DNA of 64,000 nucleotides from an uncultured virus (IMG/VR IMGVR_UViG_3300042509_001805) (IMGVR_UViG_3300042509_001805:1-64000), one strand, 5' to 3'. Positions 18,203 to 25,869 are shown, counted from the stretch's first letter. The notes: generated from the letters alone by a model not told the origin. Translations and numbers: made by a program.

Positions 18203-19054
18203 ATGCCTCGCCGTGTTGTTAGTTGTCAGTTGCCGCCCGTCAAAACGTGCAAGAATACCAATTGTGCTAGTGTTGCTATTAGCTACGATGGTTTCTGCAA
18301 GTCGCACGCTCCAAGTCGTCGCATTAAGAGCTATAATTCGCGTCCGCGATGTAGTTCACGATGGGCGAATCCTATCGGTATCGAACTCGAAATGATTCAT
18401 CCAGAATCCGCAAGCCGTTTGGCACAAGTTGCCCGCTTTGCATGTACCGATGCCAGTTTACCCTATGGTGGTGCGGAAATCAAGCTGGTGCAAGATGCCA
18501 GTAAGATTACCAATATCGCCGCCGATACTGCTCAACGTGCTGGCCTTGCTGGTGCAAAGGTTAATCGTAGCTGCGGTTTTCATGTTCATATGGGATTGCC
18601 CAATGGTGTCAGCGTTGGATTAGAGCGTCGAAGCGATGCGAACTGGTCAAGCTGTAACGCCCGTTATCGTTTGTGGGCATTGGCAACAAACTTTCAAGAA
18701 TACTTTTTTGATATTGTTCCCAAAACTCGCCGCACGAACCACTATTGCTCGCCGTTGACAAGCGTAACCAATAGTTTACATTCTCACTATGCTTGGCTAT
18801 CTGTTTCGCACCGTGTTCCTACGGTCGAACTACGGATTCATAGCGGAACGGTCAATCCGTGGAAAGTCAAAGGTTGGGTCGAAGTCGCTGTGCGTTTGCG
18901 TGAAATGGTAAACGCCGCGATTCTCGGAACCCAAGGTTGGGATAATCTTCCTAGCAAGAAGTTTGTAGATTATATGGAACCGGGAACACTTGGTTCCAAG
19001 TATTTGCTCGCTCGCGAATGTGCTGGTGGCAAACTGGTAAATTTTGGATTCTAA
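18203..19054 (+). CDS. putative amidoligase (COOH-NH2 ligase, Amidoligase_2-like)
   Basis: IGIELE, DASL..GGAE, VNRSCGFHVH, TVELRIHSGT. Confidence 0.8.
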   Translation: MPRRVVSCQLPPVKTCKNTNCASVAISYDGFCKSHAPSRRIKSYNSRPRCSSRWANPIGIELEMIHPESASRLAQVARFACTDASLPYGGAEIKLVQDASKITNIAADTAQRAGLAGAKVNRSCGFHVHMGLPNGVSVGLERRSDANWSSCNARYRLWALATNFQEYFFDIVPKTRRTNHYCSPLTSVTNSLHSHYAWLSVSHRVPTVELRIHSGTVNPWKVKGWVEVAVRLREMVNAAILGTQGWDNLPSKKFVDYMEPGTLGSKYLLARECAGGKLVNFGF

Positions 19055-19105
19055 TTATCGTTCGATAGAACGTACACACACTCACTTTTTTTGGAGAATT
19101 TTATT

Positions 19106-19972
19106 ATGTGTCGATTGGCTTATATTCCGGGCAACTGCAAAGTAAACCGTACTGATTTGGTGGACCTTTTGCATATGCTGCAAAAGTCGTTTGGTGGCGA
19201 TGGTAACGGATTCGTTGCCGTTGGTCCCAATGGTGAGGAGTTTAGCGAGAAGGGTGTCAAGTTAGACAACGATGCTATCGTTATCAAAACTTGGAAACTT
19301 ATCAAAAAGGGTTGGTCGGTTTACTATCATACTCGCAAGATTAGCGTAGGCTGGAGTAGCGACAAGCAATGCCATCCGCACCGTATCAACGGTGACAAGT
19401 TCAAGGGTTGGCTGTGCCACAATGGAACGTGGAATGATGGAGTACCGCTTGCCAATTATCTTAACTGTGGTAGCGATACCGCTGCTCTTGCTCGATGTAT
19501 CGGCAAGTTTGGTATCGAGGGAGCAGAAAAACGCAATCTGTTTCCCAAGTCGGGCGTGTTTCTTATCTACGGTAGCGAGAATGGCGAATCGCCTATTCAT
19601 CGCGTAGTCAAGAAATCGGGCGACTTGCAATACTGCCCCAAGACTGGTATTTGGGCCAGTGAGTTCGAAAAGGATTGGCCGTACTGGTCGCAGGTTTATA
19701 CCGCAACTGTTGGCAAGCACTTGCTTTGCAAACCAGCCCCACAATATATTTCGCCTGCTCGCGGTAATGGTGGCAAGTTTGTGAGTCGCAAGAATAGCCA
19801 TCCTGATATTATTGATTCAGGAATTCCAGCACCGTGGGACGATGATGACCGAACCGTTGTTGATTCGCGTCGCTCGTTGTCGCAACGATTGTGGCCGCAA
19901 GACCCTACTGAGTACGAACCAGAGCCAGATTGGGAATATCGTGGCGGATACCCACGACGCGATTTGAGTTAG
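19106..19972 (+). CDS. class II glutamine amidotransferase (Ntn hydrolase)
   Basis: Starts MCRL (Cys1); HTR, CHPH, CHNG and SDT motifs. Confidence 0.8.
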   Translation: MCRLAYIPGNCKVNRTDLVDLLHMLQKSFGGDGNGFVAVGPNGEEFSEKGVKLDNDAIVIKTWKLIKKGWSVYYHTRKISVGWSSDKQCHPHRINGDKFKGWLCHNGTWNDGVPLANYLNCGSDTAALARCIGKFGIEGAEKRNLFPKSGVFLIYGSENGESPIHRVVKKSGDLQYCPKTGIWASEFEKDWPYWSQVYTATVGKHLLCKPAPQYISPARGNGGKFVSRKNSHPDIIDSGIPAPWDDDDRTVVDSRRSLSQRLWPQDPTEYEPEPDWEYRGGYPRRDLS

Positions 19973-20024
19973 TGTGTGTGTGTGTTTGTAGGTGAGTTTT
20001 ATCTTTTAACTTTAGGAGTATTTT

Positions 20025-20114
20025 ATGAAGAAGTGTACTGGTTGTGGCCGTCCAATTGAAACTGTTGTTATTCGTCAATGTCCAAAATGCATCAACAATC
20101 GCGCTGGATTATAA
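20025..20114 (+). CDS. 29-aa Zn-finger micropeptide
   Basis: MKKCTGCGRPIETVVIRQCPKCINNRAGL after AGGAG RBS. Confidence 0.6.
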   Translation: MKKCTGCGRPIETVVIRQCPKCINNRAGL

Positions 20115-20205
20115 GTGTGTGTGTGTGTGTGTGATGCCCAACAGCTTGGGGGACGCAAGTCCCCCGGCTGTACGGGTGTACACTACGCGGGCCGCCCCGC
20201 GACGC

Positions 20206-20234
20206 CCTAAGTCCTTGTGGCTCTAAGACTTACG
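20206..20234. repeat. 29-bp palindromic site, copy 11 (core inverted)
   Basis: cctaagtcct-tgtggctct-aagacttacg. Confidence 0.95.
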
Positions 20235-20246
20235 TCAATCCGCTAG

Positions 20247-20261
20247 GCAAACCTCATGCCA
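20247..20261 (-). promoter_or_regulatory. sigma54-type -24/-12 motif
   Basis: Minus strand TGGCATGAGGTTTGC. Confidence 0.65.
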
Positions 20262-20335
20262 AACAAAAACAAAAATCTTTTTTCTTTTTTCCTCAAGATA
20301 CTTGACAAGCAATGCCGATATAGTATAATAAGGAA

Positions 20336-20463
20336 GTGAGCAGTGGCCTGACAAGCAGGTACGACTCTCGACAGTTAAGGACCGGGAAGCTCCGGGCTGA
20401 ACCGTTTCGTAGCGGTTACTGTTGATTGCTGCTGTTGGCGGTGTTCGATTCCCGCCGCTCACA
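20336..20463 (+). ncRNA. tRNA-like RNA with expanded body and its own promoter
   Basis: GTGAGC/GCTCAC-A terminal stem, T-arm GGCGG-TGTTCGATTC-CCGCC, internal hairpins; promoter 20302 and no ORF. Confidence 0.6.
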
Positions 20464-20552
20464 TTTTTTAAAAATTCCGCTTGACATTCGTTGAGCGTAA
20501 CGTATAATTCAAGAGTAACAAGTTCAGTTTTTTTTCACGAAGGGTTTTTACC

Positions 20553-21473
20553 ATGTCTACTGTTTCCCGTTCTAATGTTTCTGCCAACGAAATCTCGGCT
20601 CGCGTTGCCGCTGCTTTCAACTTCACTGTTGACAAGTTCCCGCTTGCTGGCCCAGATGGTCTTCGCACTCCGTGGTACGGTATGTTCCGCTCTGACAACA
20701 ACGAAGTTGTTGGTAACGGTTCTGTAACCTCGCGGTACTGTCCACACCAAACCGAAGACGTTCTCGCACTGGTGGATGCCGCCAGCGAAGCGTTTGAAGG
20801 TGTGGCGAGTGTTGACACCTACTTCCGCGATGGGCATTATGTCGCCATCGAACCAACTCGCGAACAACGTTATGCGATTTTCGGCACTGCCGACAACATC
20901 TTTCCGCGTGTCGTGATTCGTGCGGGTTACGATGGCAAGGCGTTCAACGCCGCGATGGGTTATTACCGCGATGCTTGCCGCAATCTGGCAATCATGCGAC
21001 AAGTTAGCGGAACCACCGTTTCCATCCGCCACACTAGCGGACTGCGAAGCCGCATGGATTCGCTGATTCAAAGCTTTACGAGTCTTCGCGATTCGTGGCA
21101 AATGCTGGCCGCAACTGCGGTTCAGCTTGAATCAACTCGCGTGAATCTTGCGGACTTCCTTCGCGAAGTTTACGGCGAACCCGAAACCGACAGCGGTCGT
21201 GCTGCGACTATCCATCGCAATCGTACCGAAACGATTTTCAATCGTGTGATGGATGAACGTAGCCGCACTGGTCGCGGTGCTATGCCAGCCGATTTCCGCG
21301 TCAGCGGTTGGGAAGCGTTCAACGCTGTGCAGGGATTCGTTCAGCATGAATCAACTCGCAAGAGTTCGGCTCGCGGTGCTGCCGCAACCGGATTTGGTCG
21401 AATCATCGCCGCCGCTAACGATGCTGCGGTTCAACGTGCCGAACGTGCTGCGATGAATCTGCTCGCGGTTTAA
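20553..21473 (+). CDS. DUF932-like phage/plasmid protein
   Basis: G.FRSD....VG..V..RY.P.Q, R..C.N, IRHT and W.AFNAV patterns. Confidence 0.65.
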   Translation: MSTVSRSNVSANEISARVAAAFNFTVDKFPLAGPDGLRTPWYGMFRSDNNEVVGNGSVTSRYCPHQTEDVLALVDAASEAFEGVASVDTYFRDGHYVAIEPTREQRYAIFGTADNIFPRVVIRAGYDGKAFNAAMGYYRDACRNLAIMRQVSGTTVSIRHTSGLRSRMDSLIQSFTSLRDSWQMLAATAVQLESTRVNLADFLREVYGEPETDSGRAATIHRNRTETIFNRVMDERSRTGRGAMPADFRVSGWEAFNAVQGFVQHESTRKSSARGAAATGFGRIIAAANDAAVQRAERAAMNLLAV

Positions 21474-21499
21474 TCTTTCGTGTGTTTCCTTTCGTGTGA

Positions 21500-21533
21500 G
21501 CCAGTGGCGGCATTTTGCCGCCGCTGGTTTTTT
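21500..21533 (+). terminator. intrinsic terminator
   Basis: gccagtggcggca-tttt-gccgccgctggt plus T-run. Confidence 0.75.
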
Positions 21534-21666
21534 TAGATAGGTGTACAATGGTATACATACTAATCGTCATTGTGGCGTGTATTATATTTTTGATGCTGGA
21601 ATTATAATTCCGGTTATACTCTGGCCGCCTAGCGCGGCCTTTTTTATTATACTTTCGGTGAGTTGA

Positions 21667-21695
21667 CGTAAGTCCTTGGGGCTCTAGGAGTTACG
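21667..21695. repeat. 29-bp palindromic site, copy 12 (whole composite element reversed)
   Basis: cgtaagtcct-tggggctct-aggagttacg; the GC tract and TGTACA repeats lie to the right (21696-21740). Confidence 0.95.
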
Positions 21696-21916
21696 ACGCG
21701 CGGGGCCGGGCGGCTTACTGTACATCTGTACACCTGTACGAATTTTCACTATTGACATTCTGTCTCTGCTAAACTATACTGATTTGCTGGGAACTCTTGG
21801 CCGAAATTTGTCTTATCCAAAGTATTAAGATTTGCCCACAACATTTGGTCTGAATTCATATTTTGCTAAAGTGTGGCTTGACATTAGTCGATATGTATTG
21901 TATGATGTTATTGTAT

Positions 21917-21989
21917 GAGACTGTAGCTCAGATGGTAGAGCAATAGACTTTTAATCTATTGGTCGTGGGTTCGATCCCCGCCAGTCTCA
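21917..21989 (+). tRNA. tRNA-Lys(UUU)
   Basis: Canonical cloverleaf GAGACTG/CAGTCTC-A, loop CTTTTAA. Confidence 0.95.
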
Positions 21990-22016
21990 CTTTTAATTTA
22001 ACTTTACAATAAATAT

Positions 22017-22214
22017 ATGCTCAAACAAAAAGAAATGACACGCGAACAGTTTTTAGCAATGTGCAAACGTATGAAATTGTTGCAAATAAAAGCCCGTAAA
22101 ACTGAGTGGGAATATCGTAGCAACACTCACACAGCACATTTTTTTCTCAAACGATCCACCAGCAAAACTGGACTGGCAGTTTGGATGAAAATTGACAACA
22201 AAGAAGATTTGTAG
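22017..22214 (+). CDS. hypothetical protein
   Basis: ORF. Confidence 0.55.
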   Translation: MLKQKEMTREQFLAMCKRMKLLQIKARKTEWEYRSNTHTAHFFLKRSTSKTGLAVWMKIDNKEDL

Positions 22215-22317
22215 CAGGAAGAAGCTTAGGGTTGTCTTTTCTAAACTACATTGATTTCGCGGGAATCATGGCCAGAATTTGTATTATACTATTTTGATTT
22301 TGAAATAGGGTGAAAAA

Positions 22318-22521
22318 ATGAGATTCAAAGTTTTATTCCACGTTGATACAGAATTAGAAAAAGAATTTGAAACTTTAGAACAAGCAAAAGAATACGTTTT
22401 AAAAATAGATTCTGAATATGTTTTAGTTAATGATGATGAACAAAGTCAAAACGGTTATAGATGTAGATATCTGTGGGGAGGATATCCTGAAGGAATATCA
22501 GCTTTTATTATTGAACAATAG
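22318..22521 (+). CDS. hypothetical protein
   Basis: ORF lying between two family-B repeats. Confidence 0.6.
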   Translation: MRFKVLFHVDTELEKEFETLEQAKEYVLKIDSEYVLVNDDEQSQNGYRCRYLWGGYPEGISAFIIEQ

Positions 22522-22749
22522 AAATTTGTTTAGGACTAGTGCGCTGTCTTTGCTGAACTATATTGATTTCGCCCAGCCCGTGGCCCAAATTTATGCCAAA
22601 GATTTAAAATGGTGTTTCTGTTTATTGTTATTGTTATTTATATACTTGTTTTTTGGCACGAACTTAACTAATTGTCTCTGCCAAACTACTTAGATTTTGC
22701 CCCGAGCATGGCCAAAATTTAGTCATAAAGATTTGCCCCAAGATTGTGA

Positions 22750-23058
22750 TTATGTTTTAAAGTAATGCATAACCAATAGAAATTGCACAACAGCCATTGT
22801 GCCAAGAGTGAAATAAGCATATTCTTTGCGTAGATAGTATAGTCTTATACAAGCAAAAAATATAACCCAAAGGCTCATCATTTTTACAGTCATAAACAGA
22901 GCCGGATTACCATCATCGGCTGCAAGCAGTACCTTGCCGATGGGATTGCTTTCTTCTTCATTTATAGTACATGCCAACTTAATTGTGTAATAATGGTCCA
23001 GCATACTGACGGCCCAAATCCACAAAAATAAAACGCCAAGGAAAAATCTATCGCGCAT
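22750..23058 (-). CDS. membrane protein, DUF5658-like
   Basis: D...T, E.NPI and three hydrophobic segments. Confidence 0.55.
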   Translation of the reverse strand: MRDRFFLGVLFLWIWAVSMLDHYYTIKLACTINEEESNPIGKVLLAADDGNPALFMTVKMMSLWVIFFACIRLYYLRKEYAYFTLGTMAVVQFLLVMHYFKT

Positions 23059-23103
23059 GATTGAATCTCCATGTATATACGGTACATATACATATACTCA
23101 AAA

Positions 23104-23472
23104 TCAAACACCAAGACCCATTTCGTCCATAAGATCATCCCAATAATGTTCAATCAATATTTTAACAACATAAGTTACTACTTTGTTTGAAACCCAACTC
23201 CATGTGAATGAATGGTCGTACCAACTTTTGTTTGCATCGTCCAATTTAATTTTTGATAGAACGTAACGTTTTAGTTCGATACGACATTCGCGTTGAGTGT
23301 CAAAATCTTCACGATTGCCGCTTTGCCAAGGCTGTTCTTGGAACCAACCCTCGGCAACATCTAAAGTTTCGCGCCCAAGATCAACACTATTGTCTTCATA
23401 TTCCTTTACAAGCGTCTCACCGTACTGCTTTATTTGTGGCAGGAACAAAGATTGATTAATTTTTATGGCCAT
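23104..23472 (-). CDS. hypothetical protein, weakly similar to 60903-61211
   Basis: Similar REC...YV segment and C-terminal hydrophobic helix. Confidence 0.6.
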   Translation of the reverse strand: MAIKINQSLFLPQIKQYGETLVKEYEDNSVDLGRETLDVAEGWFQEQPWQSGNREDFDTQRECRIELKRYVLSKIKLDDANKSWYDHSFTWSWVSNKVVTYVVKILIEHYWDDLMDEMGLGV

Positions 23473-24029
23473 GTTATTGCCCTTGAAATGAAATGTCGTA
23501 GCTAAACCAGCATGATTGTCGCACTCTAACTAATATGACTAAACCCCCTAAAAAGTGTCTCTCTCAAACAAATTTATGTTTTCCCCTGCCCAAAAATGTA
23601 TTAAAGCAAGCATAACAGCTAAGAAGAACCTCTGCAATATACCTTATATTATCCTAAAATGTAACTTTTTGCACAAAGAAGATTCTAGTTGTGGCTATAA
23701 TTCGCGGGATTTTGCGTGTTTTTGCGGCTATTTTAAACAATTAAATCTTTGTGATTGCTTGTTGTGGGGCAAGCAAGTTAAGTGTCTTAGCTAAACCTCT
23801 TTGTATGTTTATATCAATCCCATTGTATTTGCTTATACTTTATTATTATATGTACTTATGTATAGTATGTATATATACGTGTTTTTCTTACATTTTTGTG
23901 TGTTTTAGTGTTATGTAAAATACACTTTTCGCAGTCCTTTTTTAGTGTGCTTTTAGGTCATTATTCACCCACTATGATATCGATTCTATAGTCTGTAATA
24001 TCCCCAGATAGACATTTAAGGGAAAATTA

Positions 24030-24221
24030 ATGGATAAAAAAAATAAAAAAATAAAGAAAAAATTCGAGTGCGTAGACTGTAATAAAAAAACAGATGACTA
24101 CTACAAAATACCCACCAATAAAGGTGGAATCTACAAATGCGCAAATTGCTATGAGTTGTGGATTGTTCGTTCGGCTCGCTCGTATGCCAGCCAATCAAAG
24201 AGCTACAACGAAGATAGTTGA
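24030..24221 (+). CDS. small Zn-ribbon protein
   Basis: CxxC...CxxC. Confidence 0.55.
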   Translation: MDKKNKKIKKKFECVDCNKKTDDYYKIPTNKGGIYKCANCYELWIVRSARSYASQSKSYNEDS

Positions 24222-24265
24222 GTATAAACTACTAGTAAAACTACTCAAGCAAAAGGAACTCTTCT

Positions 24266-24664
24266 ATGTTAAAAGTCAAGCCTAATTTTTTGTTTTACCT
24301 TATTGGTTTTATTTTTATTGCTATCTTTTACTCTATTTACATGTCTGCCAAAAAAGAAGAAATAAATGCTTATGAGCTACAACGCCAGCAAGATCAAGTA
24401 AGAGTTATTTACTTCGGGGCTGAATGGTGTGATCCATGCAAAATAATGCGAAAAACTTTTGAGCAGAAAGAAATAAAGTCTGAGCTTGACAAACTACTTT
24501 TCAGGAAGTATGATATCGATATCGACATCAAAGAAAGCGAAAAATGGGCGATTAAGTCAGTTCCAACCATAATCACAATCGATAAAAATGGAAAAATAAA
24601 ACGATACACCGGGCTTTTAAAAAAAGAACAACTTTCTAGCATTTTGTCTGAATTGTTGAATTGA
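24266..24664 (+). CDS. membrane-anchored thioredoxin
   Basis: FGAEWCDPCK, cis-Pro SVPT, N-terminal TM segment. Confidence 0.85.
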   Translation: MLKVKPNFLFYLIGFIFIAIFYSIYMSAKKEEINAYELQRQQDQVRVIYFGAEWCDPCKIMRKTFEQKEIKSELDKLLFRKYDIDIDIKESEKWAIKSVPTIITIDKNGKIKRYTGLLKKEQLSSILSELLN

Positions 24665-24720
24665 CATTGACGATAATTATTGTATAATGGCTTTTTTAAT
24701 TAGTTAACTTAGGAGGTTTT

Positions 24721-24924
24721 ATGGACGACTATGTTTATGACTTTGATTGGGAAATTGAACAAATATTGTTGACTATTGAATATTTCGAAGAAAGTATTGA
24801 AAATAACCGTTCAATGAATGAATTCGAGTATTACGAAACACTCAGAAAGATTCACGAACTCGAAAGCAAGGTAGAAAATTTACAATGGGCCAAAAAAAGA
24901 AGGTTAATTTATTGCGATCACTAA
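24721..24924 (+). CDS. hypothetical protein
   Basis: Promoter 24661, AGGAGG RBS. Confidence 0.7.
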   Translation: MDDYVYDFDWEIEQILLTIEYFEESIENNRSMNEFEYYETLRKIHELESKVENLQWAKKRRLIYCDH

Positions 24925-25069
24925 AAATGGCTTTAGATATGCTTGATCGAGTCGAAGGTAGTGCAATCTACGAAATACAAAAAAGATTAAACAGCTACAC
25001 CGATCAAGAATATCGCGATATGTTAGAGCAAATTGCCGATATGTATAATCACTTAAAAAGTAGAGAAAG

Positions 25070-25279
25070 ATGAACAAAGCTATTTTATTTGCCGATTTCA
25101 TTCGATATGTAGAAAAAAACTATGAAAATTTTGATAAGTTTAGGTCTGAATACAATGTTTTAGAAGTAAGGAACCATGCCGCTCAAAACGGAGTAGAAAT
25201 GACACCAGAAGAAGTTGAAGATTGTTTTGATATGATAATTGCGGCGTTGGAATTCATTGATAATCAAAATTCATATTAA
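25070..25279 (+). CDS. hypothetical protein
   Basis: ORF in operon. Confidence 0.6.
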   Translation: MNKAILFADFIRYVEKNYENFDKFRSEYNVLEVRNHAAQNGVEMTPEEVEDCFDMIIAALEFIDNQNSY

Positions 25280-25317
25280 ATTGCGTATTATACCTTACTA
25301 GTCTACAAGGAGTTCAA

Positions 25318-25641
25318 ATGAAGGCTACAATGAAAAAACCACAACAATCCCAAGATCCTGACTACGAAAAGCCAATTGCAAAAAATAAAATCAACCCAAA
25401 GGTTTTAAATAAATGGCTTTCCGATACAATGCATATTGACAAAATTAAAAATATAGTTAGAATAGACGCTGTTAATCTTTGGTCGATAGAATCGATTGAA
25501 AGATACCGAATCAATGTTTGGATTGAAGAAAAATTTGAAAATTGTGTTTATTTGAGAAATCGTATTGCAAATAGTTGGTTTGTACATTACGATAGGTCTA
25601 AAGAGAAAATTGTTAACAAAACTATTGAAGGAGAAAAGTAA
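25318..25641 (+). CDS. hypothetical protein
   Basis: AAGGAG RBS. Confidence 0.65.
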   Translation: MKATMKKPQQSQDPDYEKPIAKNKINPKVLNKWLSDTMHIDKIKNIVRIDAVNLWSIESIERYRINVWIEEKFENCVYLRNRIANSWFVHYDRSKEKIVNKTIEGEK

Positions 25642-25859
25642 TGATGAAAGACATTATTGTTGAATTGGATCAAGACGGCTTTGTGGTTGGTGTTTGGTGT
25701 CCAGATGCTACTTACAATGTAAACATACTCGATAGGGCAGATAAAAATTTAGAGATTGAAGTTGCTTCTTACTATCACGACCTAGAAGAAGCTACCAAAG
25801 AATTGGTTAATTGTCTTGAAACAAATGAAGATTATATCAATCAGGGTATAGATTATTAA
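25641..25859 (+). CDS. hypothetical protein
   Basis: AAGGAG RBS. Confidence 0.65.
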   Translation: MMKDIIVELDQDGFVVGVWCPDATYNVNILDRADKNLEIEVASYYHDLEEATKELVNCLETNEDYINQGIDY

Positions 25860-25869
25860 TGGTTTTATG

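Larger units (their letters stand above)
4969..21906 (+). promoter_or_regulatory. Set of >20 sigma70-type early promoters TTGACA-N16-TATAAT, most with CGATA in the spacer
   Basis: -35 boxes start at 4969, 5199, 5615, 5825, 6245, 6465, 7826, 8086, 8277, 8789, 8999, 9869, 11188, 11494, 12123, 12806, 14203, 14684, 14957, 15964, 18138, 20302, 20481, 21878. Most are followed by a CA-rich leader and AAGGA/GGAG RBS. Confidence 0.9.
21762..22719. repeat. ~46-48-bp repeat family B, five copies
   Basis: 21762-21809, 21810-21857, 22234-22280, 22546-22592, 22674-22719; consensus GTCT-N3-CYAAACTA-N4-GATTT-N11-13-TGGCC-N-RAATTT. Confidence 0.8.

Noticed and set aside
4966..21548. Many minus-strand and alternate-frame ORFs in the track (e.g. 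4966-5253, 5190-5555, 11529-11933, 19262-19801, 20535-21101)
   Set aside because: They are shadows of + strand genes that have promoters and RBSs, or they span repeats and promoters; no independent signals.
5538..21695. 29-bp palindromic repeats as a CRISPR array
   Set aside because: Copies are mostly separated by 0.6-3.4 kb of genes rather than 30-40 nt spacers, they are degenerate, and no cas genes are present.
5538..21695. 29-bp palindromes as ordinary intrinsic terminators
   Set aside because: No U-tract directly follows on the + strand. Several arm variants break pairing (C-C, G-G), and the loop sequence is conserved and invertible, which fits a DNA site better.
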